From NCBI GenBank assembly GCA_945906725.1, contig CAMDRI010000003.1, positions 2,436-66,435 on the forward strand: a stretch of 64,000 nt of DNA, written 5' to 3'. The DNA comes from Candidatus Kuenenia stuttgartensis. Lineage in GTDB: Bacteria; Planctomycetota; Planctomycetia; Planctomycetales; Planctomycetaceae. Position numbers and translations under genes: made by a program. Positions 35,906 through 45,817 of this stretch are shown here, one piece after another. Numbering within the stretch: position 1 is the first letter of the stretch; every line of letters begins with the position of its first letter. The notes below the pieces were generated by a model that was given only the letters and a program-made list of their open reading frames with translations, was not told the DNA's origin and searched no databases.

Positions 35906-36631
35906 TCAATAACTCGATGGCGAAACAGCCTTGGTGGCCGTCACGATCGCCCGTAATCCCAATCGCAGGCGGCACTCGTTGAGGATCTCGGCCGTCTTGC
36001 TGGCTCCGCAGCGGGTGATGAAGGGGCGGGCTTCGAGCAGTTGGTCGAGCGTGCGGATGCCTCCGGCGGCTTTGACTTGGACGTGCGGCGGCGAGTGCTC
36101 GCGCATCAGCTTCAAGTCGGCGAGCGTCGCGCCGCCGGTGCCGTAGCCGGTTGAGGTTTTGACCCAGTCGCACTTCAGCTCGCCGCAGATTTCGCACAGC
36201 CGAAGCTTGTGTGAGTTCTGCAAGTAGCAGTTCTCGAAGATGACTTTGATCTTCTGCCCGGCCGAGTGCGCGGCGTCGGTGATCTCTTGGATCTCTTGCC
36301 GGACGTAGTCCCATTGGCCGCTGAGCACTTGGCTGATGTTGACGACCATGTCAAGTTCCTGGCAGCCGTCTTTGAGCGCCTGCAACGCCTCGGCGACTTT
36401 GATCGCGGTCGTGTGGCCGCCGTGCGGAAAGCCGATCGTCGTGCTGGCCTTCACAGTGCTGCCGGCGAGAATGTCGGCGCAGCGTTTCACGGAGTACGGC
36501 AGGATGCAGACGCTGGCGGCGTCATAGTCGCGAGCGAGCTGGCAGCCGGCTTCGAGTTCATCGACCGTCAGCATCGGTTGCAGGAGCGAGTGGTCGATCA
36601 TCTTGGAGATGTCGGAGTAGGAGTAAGGCAT
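35906..36631 (-). CDS. deoC: deoxyribose-phosphate aldolase (241 aa)
   Basis: Trimmed to ATG 36631 (AAGGAAC upstream). The sequence is MPYSYSDISKMIDHSLLQPMLTVDELEAGCQLARDYDAASVCILPY, followed by DMVVNIS and the Schiff-base Lys region WVKTSTGYGTGGAT. Confidence 0.88.
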   Translation of the reverse strand: MPYSYSDISKMIDHSLLQPMLTVDELEAGCQLARDYDAASVCILPYSVKRCADILAGSTVKASTTIGFPHGGHTTAIKVAEALQALKDGCQELDMVVNISQVLSGQWDYVRQEIQEITDAAHSAGQKIKVIFENCYLQNSHKLRLCEICGELKCDWVKTSTGYGTGGATLADLKLMREHSPPHVQVKAAGGIRTLDQLLEARPFITRCGASKTAEILNECRLRLGLRAIVTATKAVSPSSY

Positions 36632-36654
36632 GATGGTTCCTTGGGCTTCAAATC

Positions 36655-36820
36655 TGCCTCTCTCTCTGGGAGAGGGTGGCCGCAGGCCGGGTGAGGGACG
36701 ATCAGCGTTTGACGTTCCTTGTTGCAGTTGGATTCCAGAGGTTGTGCGGTTCGGGTGAAGTTGGAGAGTCAAACGTGATCGAGTCCCTCACCCTAGCCCT
36801 ATCCCAAAGGGAGAGGGCGG
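36655..36820. repeat. hairpin-rich repeat PE-2, long copy
   Basis: cctctc-tctctgg-gagagg is followed by gtggccgcaggccgggtgaggga (36657..36698). Then come tccctcaccctagccctatccc-aaa-gggagagggcgg (36784..36820). The first block is near-identical to 46248..46277. Confidence 0.6.
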
Positions 36821-36829
36821 GCAAGGCAC

Positions 36830-37756
36830 TCACGCCGTGTGTTTCGGGATGTAGTTTCGCAAATACGTCGCGCTTTGACGCAACGACGCCTTTCGGGAGT
36901 CGAGCGATTCTTCGTAGGCTCGGTCTTCAACCTCGACGCAGACCGGGCCGCGATAGCCGGCGTCGGTGAGGGCCGAGAAGAACTGGCCCCAATCGACGTC
37001 GCCGAGGCCGGGTAGTTTCGGAGTGTGATACTCCGACGGATGCGCGAGGATGCCGACTTCGTTCAGCTTGTGCCGGTCGATGCGGACGTCCTTCGCGTGG
37101 ATGTGGAACAGCCGGTCTTTGAACTCACGCAGCGGCGCGACGTAGTCCATGTGCTGCCAGATCATGTGCGATGGGTCGTAGTTCAGGCCGAGATTGTCGC
37201 TCTCCAGGTCGGCGAACAACTTCCGCCAGATCGCCGGACTGGTCGCGAGATTCTTGCCGCCGGGCCATTCGTCTTTGCTGAACAGCATCGGGCAGTTCTC
37301 GATGCCGATGCGAACTTCGTGGTGCTCGGCGAAGCGGACGATTGGTTCCCACGTTTCCAACATGCGGGGCCAGTTGTCGGCAACAGACTTGGTCCAGTCG
37401 CGGCCGATGAACGTGTTCATCTGCCGGACTCCGAGCAGTTCGGCCGCCAAGATCACCTTCTTGATGTGCTCAACGGCAATGTGAGCTTCGTCGTGATTGG
37501 GGCTGAGCGGGTTCGGGTAGTAGCCGAGTCCGCTGATCGTCACGCCGTACTTGGCGACGGTCTCGTGGACTCGTTCCGCCTCGCTGGTGCCGAAATAGCT
37601 GACGTCGACGTGCGTCACGCCGGAGTACCGTCGCTCCGCCTTGCTGACCGGCCAGCAGCAGAGCTCGATGCAGTCGTAGTCCTTGACCTTGGCGATCTGG
37701 CAGACTTCTTCGAGCGATAATTCGGGCAAGATGGCGCTGACGAATCCGAGTTGCAT
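36830..37756 (-). CDS. xylose isomerase-like TIM-barrel protein (308 aa)
   Basis: Trimmed to ATG 37756 (GGAAGGA upstream). The sequence is [36 protein letters not shown], followed by HIHAKDV and [11 protein letters not shown]. Confidence 0.85.
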   Translation of the reverse strand: MQLGFVSAILPELSLEEVCQIAKVKDYDCIELCCWPVSKAERRYSGVTHVDVSYFGTSEAERVHETVAKYGVTISGLGYYPNPLSPNHDEAHIAVEHIKKVILAAELLGVRQMNTFIGRDWTKSVADNWPRMLETWEPIVRFAEHHEVRIGIENCPMLFSKDEWPGGKNLATSPAIWRKLFADLESDNLGLNYDPSHMIWQHMDYVAPLREFKDRLFHIHAKDVRIDRHKLNEVGILAHPSEYHTPKLPGLGDVDWGQFFSALTDAGYRGPVCVEVEDRAYEESLDSRKASLRQSATYLRNYIPKHTA

Positions 37757-37876
37757 GAGATGTCCTTCCGAGGTGAAATGACTTCGCTGAGGGCCAGCAG
37801 CTTCTAGCCTTCGTGCGGCGACACGTCTACAAAGCTGCTTGGCCGACGAGAACATCAGCGAAGGAGATCCCAGGCT

Positions 37877-39382
37877 ATGTCCGGTTCACGGCTAACTGCG
37901 AGATTCGCCCGCAATCCGATTGGCGAGCCGGAGGGCGTTAGCCAGGCCAGTGTTCGCGAACGTCCGGGGGCTAACGTCCTCCGGCTCGCCGAAACCCGGC
38001 GCGAATTCTTTTCGCGCGCCGGCAGCGGACTTGGTGGGATCGCGCTGGCGGCGATGTTGGCTGGTGAATCGTCGGCGAGTACTGCGAATCCGCTGGCTCC
38101 GAGGCTCACGCATTTTGAACCGCGAGCGAAGCGTGTCATTTGGCTATTCATGCACGGTGGGCCGAGTCACGTCGATTTATTCGATCCGAAGCCGGAGCTG
38201 ACGAAGCTCGCGGGGCAGACGTTGCCGGAGAGTTTTGGCGAGGTGATGACTCGGCGGAAGGTCGCGGCGAATCCGTTGCTGCCGGCAATCAAACCGTTTC
38301 GACCGCGAGGCGGTTCGGGACTGGAGGTCTCCGATTTCTTGCCGCACATCGCCGAGTGCGCCGACGAGTTATGCGTGCTGCGGTCGTGTCACGGCGACAG
38401 TGTGAATCATCCGCAGTCGGTTTATCAGATGAATACCGGCAGCATCCTGACGGGTCGGCCGAGCGTCGGATCGTGGGTCGCGTACGGACTCGGCACTGAG
38501 AACCAAAATCTGCCCGCGTTCGTCGTGCTGCCCGATCCGGGTGGCGGAGTGAAAGGTGGGCCTCCGGCATGGGGAAGCGGTTATCTGCCGGCGACGTTTC
38601 AAGGGACGACGATGCGGCCGGGCAAGAGTCCGATCTTATACCTGCAACCGCCGGCCGGAATCACGGACGATCGACAGCGTCGGTTACTGTCTTTCGTGCA
38701 GCGTGCCAATGAGCGGCATCTCGCGGAACGGAACTTCGATGATCAGCTCGCGGCGCGGATGAACGCCTACGAATTAGCGTTTCGGATGCAGTCCGAGGCT
38801 CCGGATGTTGTTGATTTGCGTGGCGAGTCGGCGGCGACGCTCAAACAATACGGCATCGGCGAGTCGGAGACCGACGATTACGGGACGCGCTGCCTGTTGG
38901 CTCGACGGATGATCGAACGGAGCGTGCGGTTCGTGCAGGTTTACTCCGGCGACACGAACGGTTGGGACGCTCACACGAACGTGCTCGACAATCACACGAC
39001 GATGTGTCGTCGCACCGACAAGCCAGTGGCCGGATTGCTGCGGGATCTCAAACAACGCGGGTTGCTCGACGACACGCTGGTTATCTGGGGCGGCGAGTTC
39101 GGGCGGATGCCGATGAGCGAACAAGGCAAGGGACGCGATCACAATCCGTGGGGCTACACGGTCTGGCTCGCCGGAGCGGGCGTGCGCGGCGGCCTGGCCT
39201 ACGGAGCGACCGACGCCGTCGGACTGCGAGCGGCCGAAGACAAAGTTCACGTCCACGACTTGCACGCGACAATTCTGCATTTGCTTGGCTTTGACCACGA
39301 GCAATTGACCCATTTCCACAACGGCCGCAACGAACGATTGACAGACGTAGCGGGTCGGGTCGTGCGCGAGATTCTGGCGTAG
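37877..39382 (+). CDS. DUF1501 domain protein (Tat signal), 501 aa
   Basis: AAGGAGA lies 9 nt upstream of ATG 37877. The Tat signal is [21 protein letters not shown]. Hallmarks are [20 protein letters not shown] and GRDHNPWG. It is a paralogue of 15362..16750. Confidence 0.88.
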   Translation: MSGSRLTARFARNPIGEPEGVSQASVRERPGANVLRLAETRREFFSRAGSGLGGIALAAMLAGESSASTANPLAPRLTHFEPRAKRVIWLFMHGGPSHVDLFDPKPELTKLAGQTLPESFGEVMTRRKVAANPLLPAIKPFRPRGGSGLEVSDFLPHIAECADELCVLRSCHGDSVNHPQSVYQMNTGSILTGRPSVGSWVAYGLGTENQNLPAFVVLPDPGGGVKGGPPAWGSGYLPATFQGTTMRPGKSPILYLQPPAGITDDRQRRLLSFVQRANERHLAERNFDDQLAARMNAYELAFRMQSEAPDVVDLRGESAATLKQYGIGESETDDYGTRCLLARRMIERSVRFVQVYSGDTNGWDAHTNVLDNHTTMCRRTDKPVAGLLRDLKQRGLLDDTLVIWGGEFGRMPMSEQGKGRDHNPWGYTVWLAGAGVRGGLAYGATDAVGLRAAEDKVHVHDLHATILHLLGFDHEQLTHFHNGRNERLTDVAGRVVREILA

Positions 39383-39455
39383 CGCACGCGATTCGCGTGC
39401 GATGACGGCGAATCGCACACGAGCCGCGTGCGCCACAAAAGGCGGATCAAAATTC

Positions 39456-42400
39456 ATGATGAGTGATGTCGATGCGTTGTTGTTGCACTCGCCGTTCGGT
39501 TGGCTCGCCGTCCGTTGGCCGGACGGGGATGTTCTGACGGCGAATCGCAAAGCCGCTGAGTTGTGTGGGTGCGTGACCGAGCAGATCGTGGGACGGCCGT
39601 GGTGGGAATTGCTGGAACCCGAATCAGCTCAGCGTCTCTCGGATTGGATCACGCAGTGGCAGCGCGGCGAGTTTCCGGGGGAACGATCCGGCGTCTGGCT
39701 GCATCGTACCGATGAAACGAAGACGCCGATCACGTTGCGCGCGGCCACGCTGTCCGAGGTTGTCTCCACAGTTCACACCCAGGCTCAGCATTTCTTGATC
39801 TTGGAAGATCGCCGCGAAACGCAGGCGCTGGCCGAGCGACTCAACAATGCCGAAGCTCGGCTAGAAGAGACGCAGCGTGTCGCTCGCCTGGGATGGTGGG
39901 AATGGGACATCCAGCATGGTCGGATCGCATGGTCGGATTCGTTGTACGAGGTCATGGGAATTCCGTCAGGCGAATTCGGTGGCACGTTGGAAGCGTTCCT
40001 GGAAGGGGTGCATCCCGACGACCGCGCGGAAATGCGGACGCGATTGGGAGCTACACTGAAACGCGGCGAACAGTTTGTCCATGAGTTTCGGACGCTCGAC
40101 AAGAACGGCACGGTGCGCCATCTGCGATCGCAAGCCAAGTTGTCGCGTGACGAATTTGACTGGCCGATTCGCCTCTACGGCACCAGCCAGGACGTCACCG
40201 CGCGGACGCTGGCAGTGCAGGAACTCATGCAAAGCGAGCAGAAGTATCGAGACCTCGTCGAGACTTCTAACGAACTGATTTGGTCGGTCGACATGCAGGG
40301 GCGGTTCACGTTCGTGAATCAAGCGGTTCGCGAATTCTACGGCTACGAGCCGGAGGAATTGCTCGGCCAAGTCTTCTCCCTGTTGTTGCCGTCGGAACGA
40401 CGGGAACCCGACTGGAAAGTCTTCGAGTCGGTGCTCGCCGGGCAGCGATTGTTCGATTACGAGACCGCGCATCTGCGGAAAGACGGCCGACAGATCAACC
40501 TGAGCTTCAATGCAATTGCCATGCACGATGCGAACGGGCGATTGATCGGAGTGACTGGTACGGCAATCGACATCTCGGAACGCAAGCGGCAACAGGAACT
40601 GCTCCGCGAACGCGAAAGCTGGTTCCGCGCGATCTTCGAGAACGCGCCGCAATGCCTGATGATCCTCTCGCCCGACGGCAAACTGCTGGACATCAACCCG
40701 ACGGGCCGGGAAATCTTCGAGGCGACCGCGGGCCATCATTTTATGGGGAACTCCGTCAGCGACTGGCTTGCGCCGCAGTCGCGATCACAGTTCCACAAGA
40801 CCATCGAAGCGGTGCGCAACGGGGCGGCTCGGTCGTGGCAGGCGCAGATTCACGGCGAGCCGAGTTCGCACGGTTGGCTGGAAGGGCAAATGGTTCCGTT
40901 GCGCGATGCCAACGGACAAATTATTCGCTTGCTGGCGGCCGCTCAAGACGTGACCGCGCGGCGCAAGGCCGACACTCTGCGCGAAGGCGAGCAGCAAGTG
41001 CTGGAGGAAATTGCCTCCGGTCATGACCTGCAACGCGTGCTGCGGACGGTCATCAAGATGCTGGAGATGCAACTCCCCGGCGCGCTGTGTTCGATCTTAC
41101 TGCTGCAAGCGGACACAATGCGTCTGGCCGTCGAGGCCACTTCGCCGATGTCTGAAGAAATCCATCAGCAGCTGGCACAGGTGCCAGTCGTCGTGGGGGC
41201 CCCCTCATTCGCGGATGCGGTCGCCAATGGTCGACGACGCATCGTGGAAGACACCGGCACTGATCCCTCGTGGCGCGGACTCCGCACGCTGGTCGATCGG
41301 TTTCAACTCCGTACCTGCTGGTCGCAACCCATTCGCGGCTTCAGCCGCGACGTGCTGGGAGTGCTGTCGATTTTTTTTCAGTGGCCTCGGTCGCCTGGAA
41401 TGGATGATCTGCAACTGCTCGACACTGGAGCGTATCTTGCTGGCATCGCGATTCATCGCACGCGGGCGGAGCAAGCTCTGCGCGACAGCGAACAACGCTT
41501 CCGCACGCTTTTCGAACATTCGCCCGATGCGATCTTCGTCGAATCACCGACCGGTAGCGTCCTGGATGTGAATCCCGCCGCGTGTGAACTGCACGGCCTC
41601 CCACGCGATCAGCTCATCGGCAAGAACATCCTGGAATTGGTCCCGCCCGGCAATCGCGACGACGTGCGCCGCGACTTTCCAAAGTTGGCGTCCGGTGATC
41701 TGCGGCAGTTGGAAGGCTTCAGTTGGCATGCCGAACGTGGAGCGGTGCCCATCAGTCTGCACGTCAGCCAGACCGAGTACGCATCTCAGCCCGCACTGCT
41801 GTTTCACGTCCGCGATATCAGCGAACGAAAACGAGCCGAAGATAAAGCTCGCGAGGTCGAAGCACAGCTCGCGCACGTCGGCCGACTCAGCTTGATGGGC
41901 GAACTCATGGCAGGCATCTCGCACGAGATCAATCAGCCACTGTTCGCGATTGCCAACTTTGCAAAGGCCTGCGAGAAAACTCTCTCCGACGGCAAGCTCG
42001 ATCAACTCGACAAGGTACTGGAATGGACTCACAAGATCGGCCAGCAAGCCATTCGTGCCGGCGAGATCATCCGCCGCATGCGCGACTTCAGCCGCAAATC
42101 GACGCCAGATCACTCGACGGTCGATGTCGCCGACATAATCCACGAAGCGATCGAACTCATGGCGGCGGAAACGAAGTCGCAGCACATCGACTTAAAGTGC
42201 GATATTCGACCGCCGCACCTGATGGTGCTCGCTGACCGCATCCAGATTGAGCAAACCCTGGTCAACTTGCTCCGCAACGCCTACCGCGCGATGGCCGAGA
42301 ACGCGGTCGGAGATCGGCGCGTCAATATCCGCACGGAATTGGAAGACGGCATGCTGACCGTCTCCGTCCGAGACGGTGGCCACGGCTTCAAAGGAGTCAC

Positions 42401-42569
42401 CCCCGAAGAAATTTTCAACCCGTTCTTCACGACGAAGCAGGACGGACTCGGTCTTGGTCTGACGATCAGCCGCTCGATTATCGAGGCCCATCGCGGCAAG
42501 CTGTGGGCCGTACAGAATTCCGACCTCGGCGCGACGTTTTTGTTCACGCTTCCTGTGGGTCCGATGTAA
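39456..42569 (+). CDS. multi-PAS/GAF sensor histidine kinase, cytoplasmic (1037 aa)
   Basis: It carries several PAS/PAC units (for example RFTFVNQAVREFYGYEPEELLGQ and GVTGTAIDISERK) and a GAF-like segment. The H-box is ISHEINQPLFAI and the HATPase is VRDGGHGF...GLGLGLTISRSI. The start at ATG 39456 is uncertain by a few codons. Confidence 0.9.
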   Translation: MMSDVDALLLHSPFGWLAVRWPDGDVLTANRKAAELCGCVTEQIVGRPWWELLEPESAQRLSDWITQWQRGEFPGERSGVWLHRTDETKTPITLRAATLSEVVSTVHTQAQHFLILEDRRETQALAERLNNAEARLEETQRVARLGWWEWDIQHGRIAWSDSLYEVMGIPSGEFGGTLEAFLEGVHPDDRAEMRTRLGATLKRGEQFVHEFRTLDKNGTVRHLRSQAKLSRDEFDWPIRLYGTSQDVTARTLAVQELMQSEQKYRDLVETSNELIWSVDMQGRFTFVNQAVREFYGYEPEELLGQVFSLLLPSERREPDWKVFESVLAGQRLFDYETAHLRKDGRQINLSFNAIAMHDANGRLIGVTGTAIDISERKRQQELLRERESWFRAIFENAPQCLMILSPDGKLLDINPTGREIFEATAGHHFMGNSVSDWLAPQSRSQFHKTIEAVRNGAARSWQAQIHGEPSSHGWLEGQMVPLRDANGQIIRLLAAAQDVTARRKADTLREGEQQVLEEIASGHDLQRVLRTVIKMLEMQLPGALCSILLLQADTMRLAVEATSPMSEEIHQQLAQVPVVVGAPSFADAVANGRRRIVEDTGTDPSWRGLRTLVDRFQLRTCWSQPIRGFSRDVLGVLSIFFQWPRSPGMDDLQLLDTGAYLAGIAIHRTRAEQALRDSEQRFRTLFEHSPDAIFVESPTGSVLDVNPAACELHGLPRDQLIGKNILELVPPGNRDDVRRDFPKLASGDLRQLEGFSWHAERGAVPISLHVSQTEYASQPALLFHVRDISERKRAEDKAREVEAQLAHVGRLSLMGELMAGISHEINQPLFAIANFAKACEKTLSDGKLDQLDKVLEWTHKIGQQAIRAGEIIRRMRDFSRKSTPDHSTVDVADIIHEAIELMAAETKSQHIDLKCDIRPPHLMVLADRIQIEQTLVNLLRNAYRAMAENAVGDRRVNIRTELEDGMLTVSVRDGGHGFKGVTPEEIFNPFFTTKQDGLGLGLTISRSIIEAHRGKLWAVQNSDLGATFLFTLPVGPM

Positions 42570-42655
42570 CCCGAAGCGTCAGCGAGGGCGAGCGATTCAC
42601 AGCGCCCGCAACTCGTCGCGTTTTGGATCGCCCGCCCTCGCTGACGCTTCAGGTT
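42568..42655. repeat. palindromic repeat element PE-1, copy C (23-bp arms, 42-nt loop)
   Basis: The arms are aacccgaagcgtcagcgagggcg (42568..42590) and cgccctcgctgacgcttcaggtt (42633..42655). The kinase TAA stop (42567..42569) overlaps the first bases (T)AA of the element. Confidence 0.9.
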
Positions 42656-42714
42656 ATTTTTCGCCGCCTCCCGGCTAAACTCCGACCCACAAACTCCTCG
42701 AAAGGCCAACCAAC

Positions 42715-43647
42715 TTGACCTCCGCGACTGATACTGCCGCACCGCCGACTCTTTTGAATCTCAATGGCACTCCGATCGCCGACACGTTCGCCGAAGCGTT
42801 TCCGATCACCGCCACGCGACTGATCATCACCGCTGCAACCGAGGCTTGGGCACGGACGGCGGCCAGTGAACTCTGCGGCTTCGCTACCAGCGTGATCGCC
42901 TGCGACTGCGAAGCGGCACTCGAACGCGCGATCGCCGCAGACGACACGCTCGACGGTCGTCCGGGAGTCAGCGTGCTGCTGTTCGCGTTCAGTCGCGACG
43001 CTCTGCAAAAGGCAGCCACGGAACGAGTCGGTCAATGCGTGCTGACTTGCCCCACGACAGCCTGCTATGACGGTCTTCTCGGAACGCCGCGTGACAAACA
43101 AATCACCGTCGGCGGTCAACTGCGATTCTTCGGCGACGGCTTTCAAGCCTCGAAGAAACTCGGCACACGCCGCTTCTGGCGGATTCCGGTCATGGATGGC
43201 GAGTTCGTTTGCGAAGACCGCATCGGCACGATCAAAGGGGTCGCCGGTGGCAACTTGTTGATCTGCGCCGTTAATCAAACTCAAGCGTTGCTTGCCGCCG
43301 AATCTGCGGCGATCGCGATGCGGGAAATTGCCGATGTCGCCCTCCCCTTCCCTGGTGGCATCGTTCGAGCTGGCAGCAAAGTCGGCTCGCGGTACAAGAA
43401 ATTGAAGGCCAGTACCAACGACGCCTACTGCCCGACTCTGACCGCCGTCACGCGCAGCGAACTACCGCCCGGCACTGGTGCCGTCTACGAATTGGTCGTC
43501 GATGGACTTTCCGCCGATGCAGTGCGGTCCGCGATGCTCGCGGGATTGCACGCAGCGTCACGCTGCTCCGGCCTGACGCTCATCACGGCCGGCAACTACG
43601 GTGGCAGACTGGGACCGCACCATTTCTATTTGCGCGAGTTGTTATGA
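42715..43647 (+). CDS. ftr: formylmethanofuran--tetrahydromethanopterin N-formyltransferase (Ftr/FhcD homologue), 310 aa
   Basis: There is a TTG start at 42715 and no in-frame ATG near the N-terminus. The motifs PIADTFAEAFPITATRLIITA, GFATSVIACDCEA, DGRPGVSVLLFA, GQCVLTCPTTA, FFGDGFQ, RIPVMDGEF, GVAGGN, PFPGGIVRAGSKVGSRYKKLKASTN and ITAGNYGGRLG are collinear with Ftr. Confidence 0.88.
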   Translation: MTSATDTAAPPTLLNLNGTPIADTFAEAFPITATRLIITAATEAWARTAASELCGFATSVIACDCEAALERAIAADDTLDGRPGVSVLLFAFSRDALQKAATERVGQCVLTCPTTACYDGLLGTPRDKQITVGGQLRFFGDGFQASKKLGTRRFWRIPVMDGEFVCEDRIGTIKGVAGGNLLICAVNQTQALLAAESAAIAMREIADVALPFPGGIVRAGSKVGSRYKKLKASTNDAYCPTLTAVTRSELPPGTGAVYELVVDGLSADAVRSAMLAGLHAASRCSGLTLITAGNYGGRLGPHHFYLRELL

Positions 43648-45683
43648 CTCAGCATGGCCCAACTGCCCCGAACGATTCCATTGCCGATCCTCGCGCGGCG
43701 CGGCGATTCGCGATGCTGTTGATCATCGCCACGTCATCGGCAATGTCGTTCGTACAGATCCTGCAAGCTCCGCCATTGCAGTCGGCAAATGACCGTTCGC
43801 GGTGGTCGACCGTCTGGTCTCTGGTCGAACGTGGCACCTACCAAATCGACGAGATCGACGCCGCTCCAGGCTGGGGGACGATCGACAAAGTGCGGCACGA
43901 AGGACATTTCTATTCTTCGAAGCCGCCGCTTCAGAGCACGCTCGTCGCCGGAGTTTATTGGTGCGTCAAACGGATCACCCACTGGAACCTGACCGACCAG
44001 ACGGCCGAGGTTTCGAGAATCATCCTGCTGCTGGTGAACTGGCTGCCGCGGCTCCTCTCTCTGATCGTCACGGCGATGCTCGTTGAGCGTTACGCTCGAC
44101 GCGATTTCGGCAAGTTATTCGTGGTGGCGGTCGCAAGTTGGGGGACTCTGCTCGGCCCGTTCACGTCGTCGCTCAACAATCACACGCCGGCAGCAATCTG
44201 CGTTGTGCTGGCGATGTATCCGCTGCTCCGAGTCATCAGCGACGGCGATCACCGGAAGAGGTTCTTCGCATTGGCCGGTTTCTTTTCGGCAGCAACCTTC
44301 ACGCTGGAACTTCCGGCCGCTCTACTCGTCGTCGCCTTCGGAGCGTTGCTGTTGAAAGCCAATCCAAAACGGACACTGACCGTGTTCGTGCCGGCGGCGT
44401 TGATTCCGGTGGTCGCCTTCGTGGCGTTGAACTGCGTCGTGACCGGATCGTTGTCGACGTTCTATTCCAGCTACGGCAGCGACAAGTACATCTACGAGCA
44501 CGAAGGGATTCCGAGCTATTGGTCGAATCCACAAGGCCTGGATCGCAACCTCGATTCGCCACTGATGTATTTCGTGCATTGCACGATCGGCCATCACGGT
44601 CTGCTGTCGCTGACACCGGTCTGGCTGCTGACGCTGATCGGCTGGCTCGGCTGGCGGCGTTGGGCGGAGTTCCGCCAGCGCACGATACTGCTGGTCGGAG
44701 CGGGACTGACGGCGATCGTCTTCGGCTTCTATCTGACGCGGATGCAAAACTACAACTACGGCGGCAACAGCGTCGCGCTGCGCTGGATGCTGTGGCTCGT
44801 GCCACTGTGGCTGATCGCGATGATACCGGTCTTCGATACTTGGGGCTCACGTCGAGGATTTCAGGTTTTCGCGTCGATCCTGCTTGCAGGCTCCGTCGTC
44901 TCGGCCAATCTCCCCGGCAGCAATCCGTGGCAATCGACGTGGCTGCTGACGCTGATGGAAAAGTGGAAGTGGGTCGATTACTCCGAATCGCCACCTCCTT
45001 TTGAGTTCGGCCATCCGCTGTGGTCGTGGTTTCCGAAACTAGGTGATCCAAAGGCTGAAGGTGAAACATTCGTCCGTTTCGCTGGAACAGGGTCGCGATT
45101 GTTTGGGTCTGAGAGTTTGAATTTTGGGATTGGGGAAACAGACTTGTCATTGCAGGCCGGGACAAACCAAGACGATCGGACTGGAGATTTCCAAGGAGTG
45201 CAACTGATTTGGAACGACCGCAGTGCCGAGGCGAAGGACCGCGCAGCAGTCGTCTTCATCGACGTCGCGAAGTTGAACGCTGGTCGAAAGTCGTCCGAGT
45301 TTCTGCGCTCGTCGGCTGGAGCCGCGTTGACACGAGATGAGTTGCTCGCCGCACAGCGACTCGTCACTGGATTGCCGCAGTCCGTTGAGTATCGCCCCGG
45401 ACACATTCGATATCTGAAGACTCCTTTGCGACCGGACAAAGCATTCCGTTGTCAGCGAGCCGCCGCTTACACAGACTTCCAACCCAAGCACGCCGACCAT
45501 CCGCTGCGCTATCGAGTGGACTTGTGGTTGTGCAATGAGATTCCTTTCGGAGTCGCTCAGATCGAAATCACGATCACCGATCCGCCGACGGGTCAGATGC
45601 TGACGTCTCAGCGACTGACGGCGGTAGAGGCAAACGGGTTTTCGTCTCAAGACGGAACAAAGCGGTCTCGACCGAACGAGTAG
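43644..45683 (+). CDS. large polytopic membrane protein, GT-C/ArnT-PMT-like (tentative), 679 aa
   Basis: ATG 43644 overlaps the ftr stop (ATGA). The first-loop motif is ANDRSRWSTVWSLVERGTYQIDE...DKVRHEGHFYSSKPPLQSTLVAG. About 11 hydrophobic helices are followed by a ~230-aa soluble C-terminal domain. Confidence 0.75.
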   Translation: MTQHGPTAPNDSIADPRAARRFAMLLIIATSSAMSFVQILQAPPLQSANDRSRWSTVWSLVERGTYQIDEIDAAPGWGTIDKVRHEGHFYSSKPPLQSTLVAGVYWCVKRITHWNLTDQTAEVSRIILLLVNWLPRLLSLIVTAMLVERYARRDFGKLFVVAVASWGTLLGPFTSSLNNHTPAAICVVLAMYPLLRVISDGDHRKRFFALAGFFSAATFTLELPAALLVVAFGALLLKANPKRTLTVFVPAALIPVVAFVALNCVVTGSLSTFYSSYGSDKYIYEHEGIPSYWSNPQGLDRNLDSPLMYFVHCTIGHHGLLSLTPVWLLTLIGWLGWRRWAEFRQRTILLVGAGLTAIVFGFYLTRMQNYNYGGNSVALRWMLWLVPLWLIAMIPVFDTWGSRRGFQVFASILLAGSVVSANLPGSNPWQSTWLLTLMEKWKWVDYSESPPPFEFGHPLWSWFPKLGDPKAEGETFVRFAGTGSRLFGSESLNFGIGETDLSLQAGTNQDDRTGDFQGVQLIWNDRSAEAKDRAAVVFIDVAKLNAGRKSSEFLRSSAGAALTRDELLAAQRLVTGLPQSVEYRPGHIRYLKTPLRPDKAFRCQRAAAYTDFQPKHADHPLRYRVDLWLCNEIPFGVAQIEITITDPPTGQMLTSQRLTAVEANGFSSQDGTKRSRPNE

Positions 45684-45817
45684 TTTTTGCAGAAATTGTG
45701 GGTTTTTTCGCAACAACGCAGTTGCAATTTCGCGGCCGAATTATTTTCATGCCTTCGTTCGTACGTCACGTCGACGTGTTCACGTCCATCATCACCATGC
45801 TAGGAGGGTTACTGATC

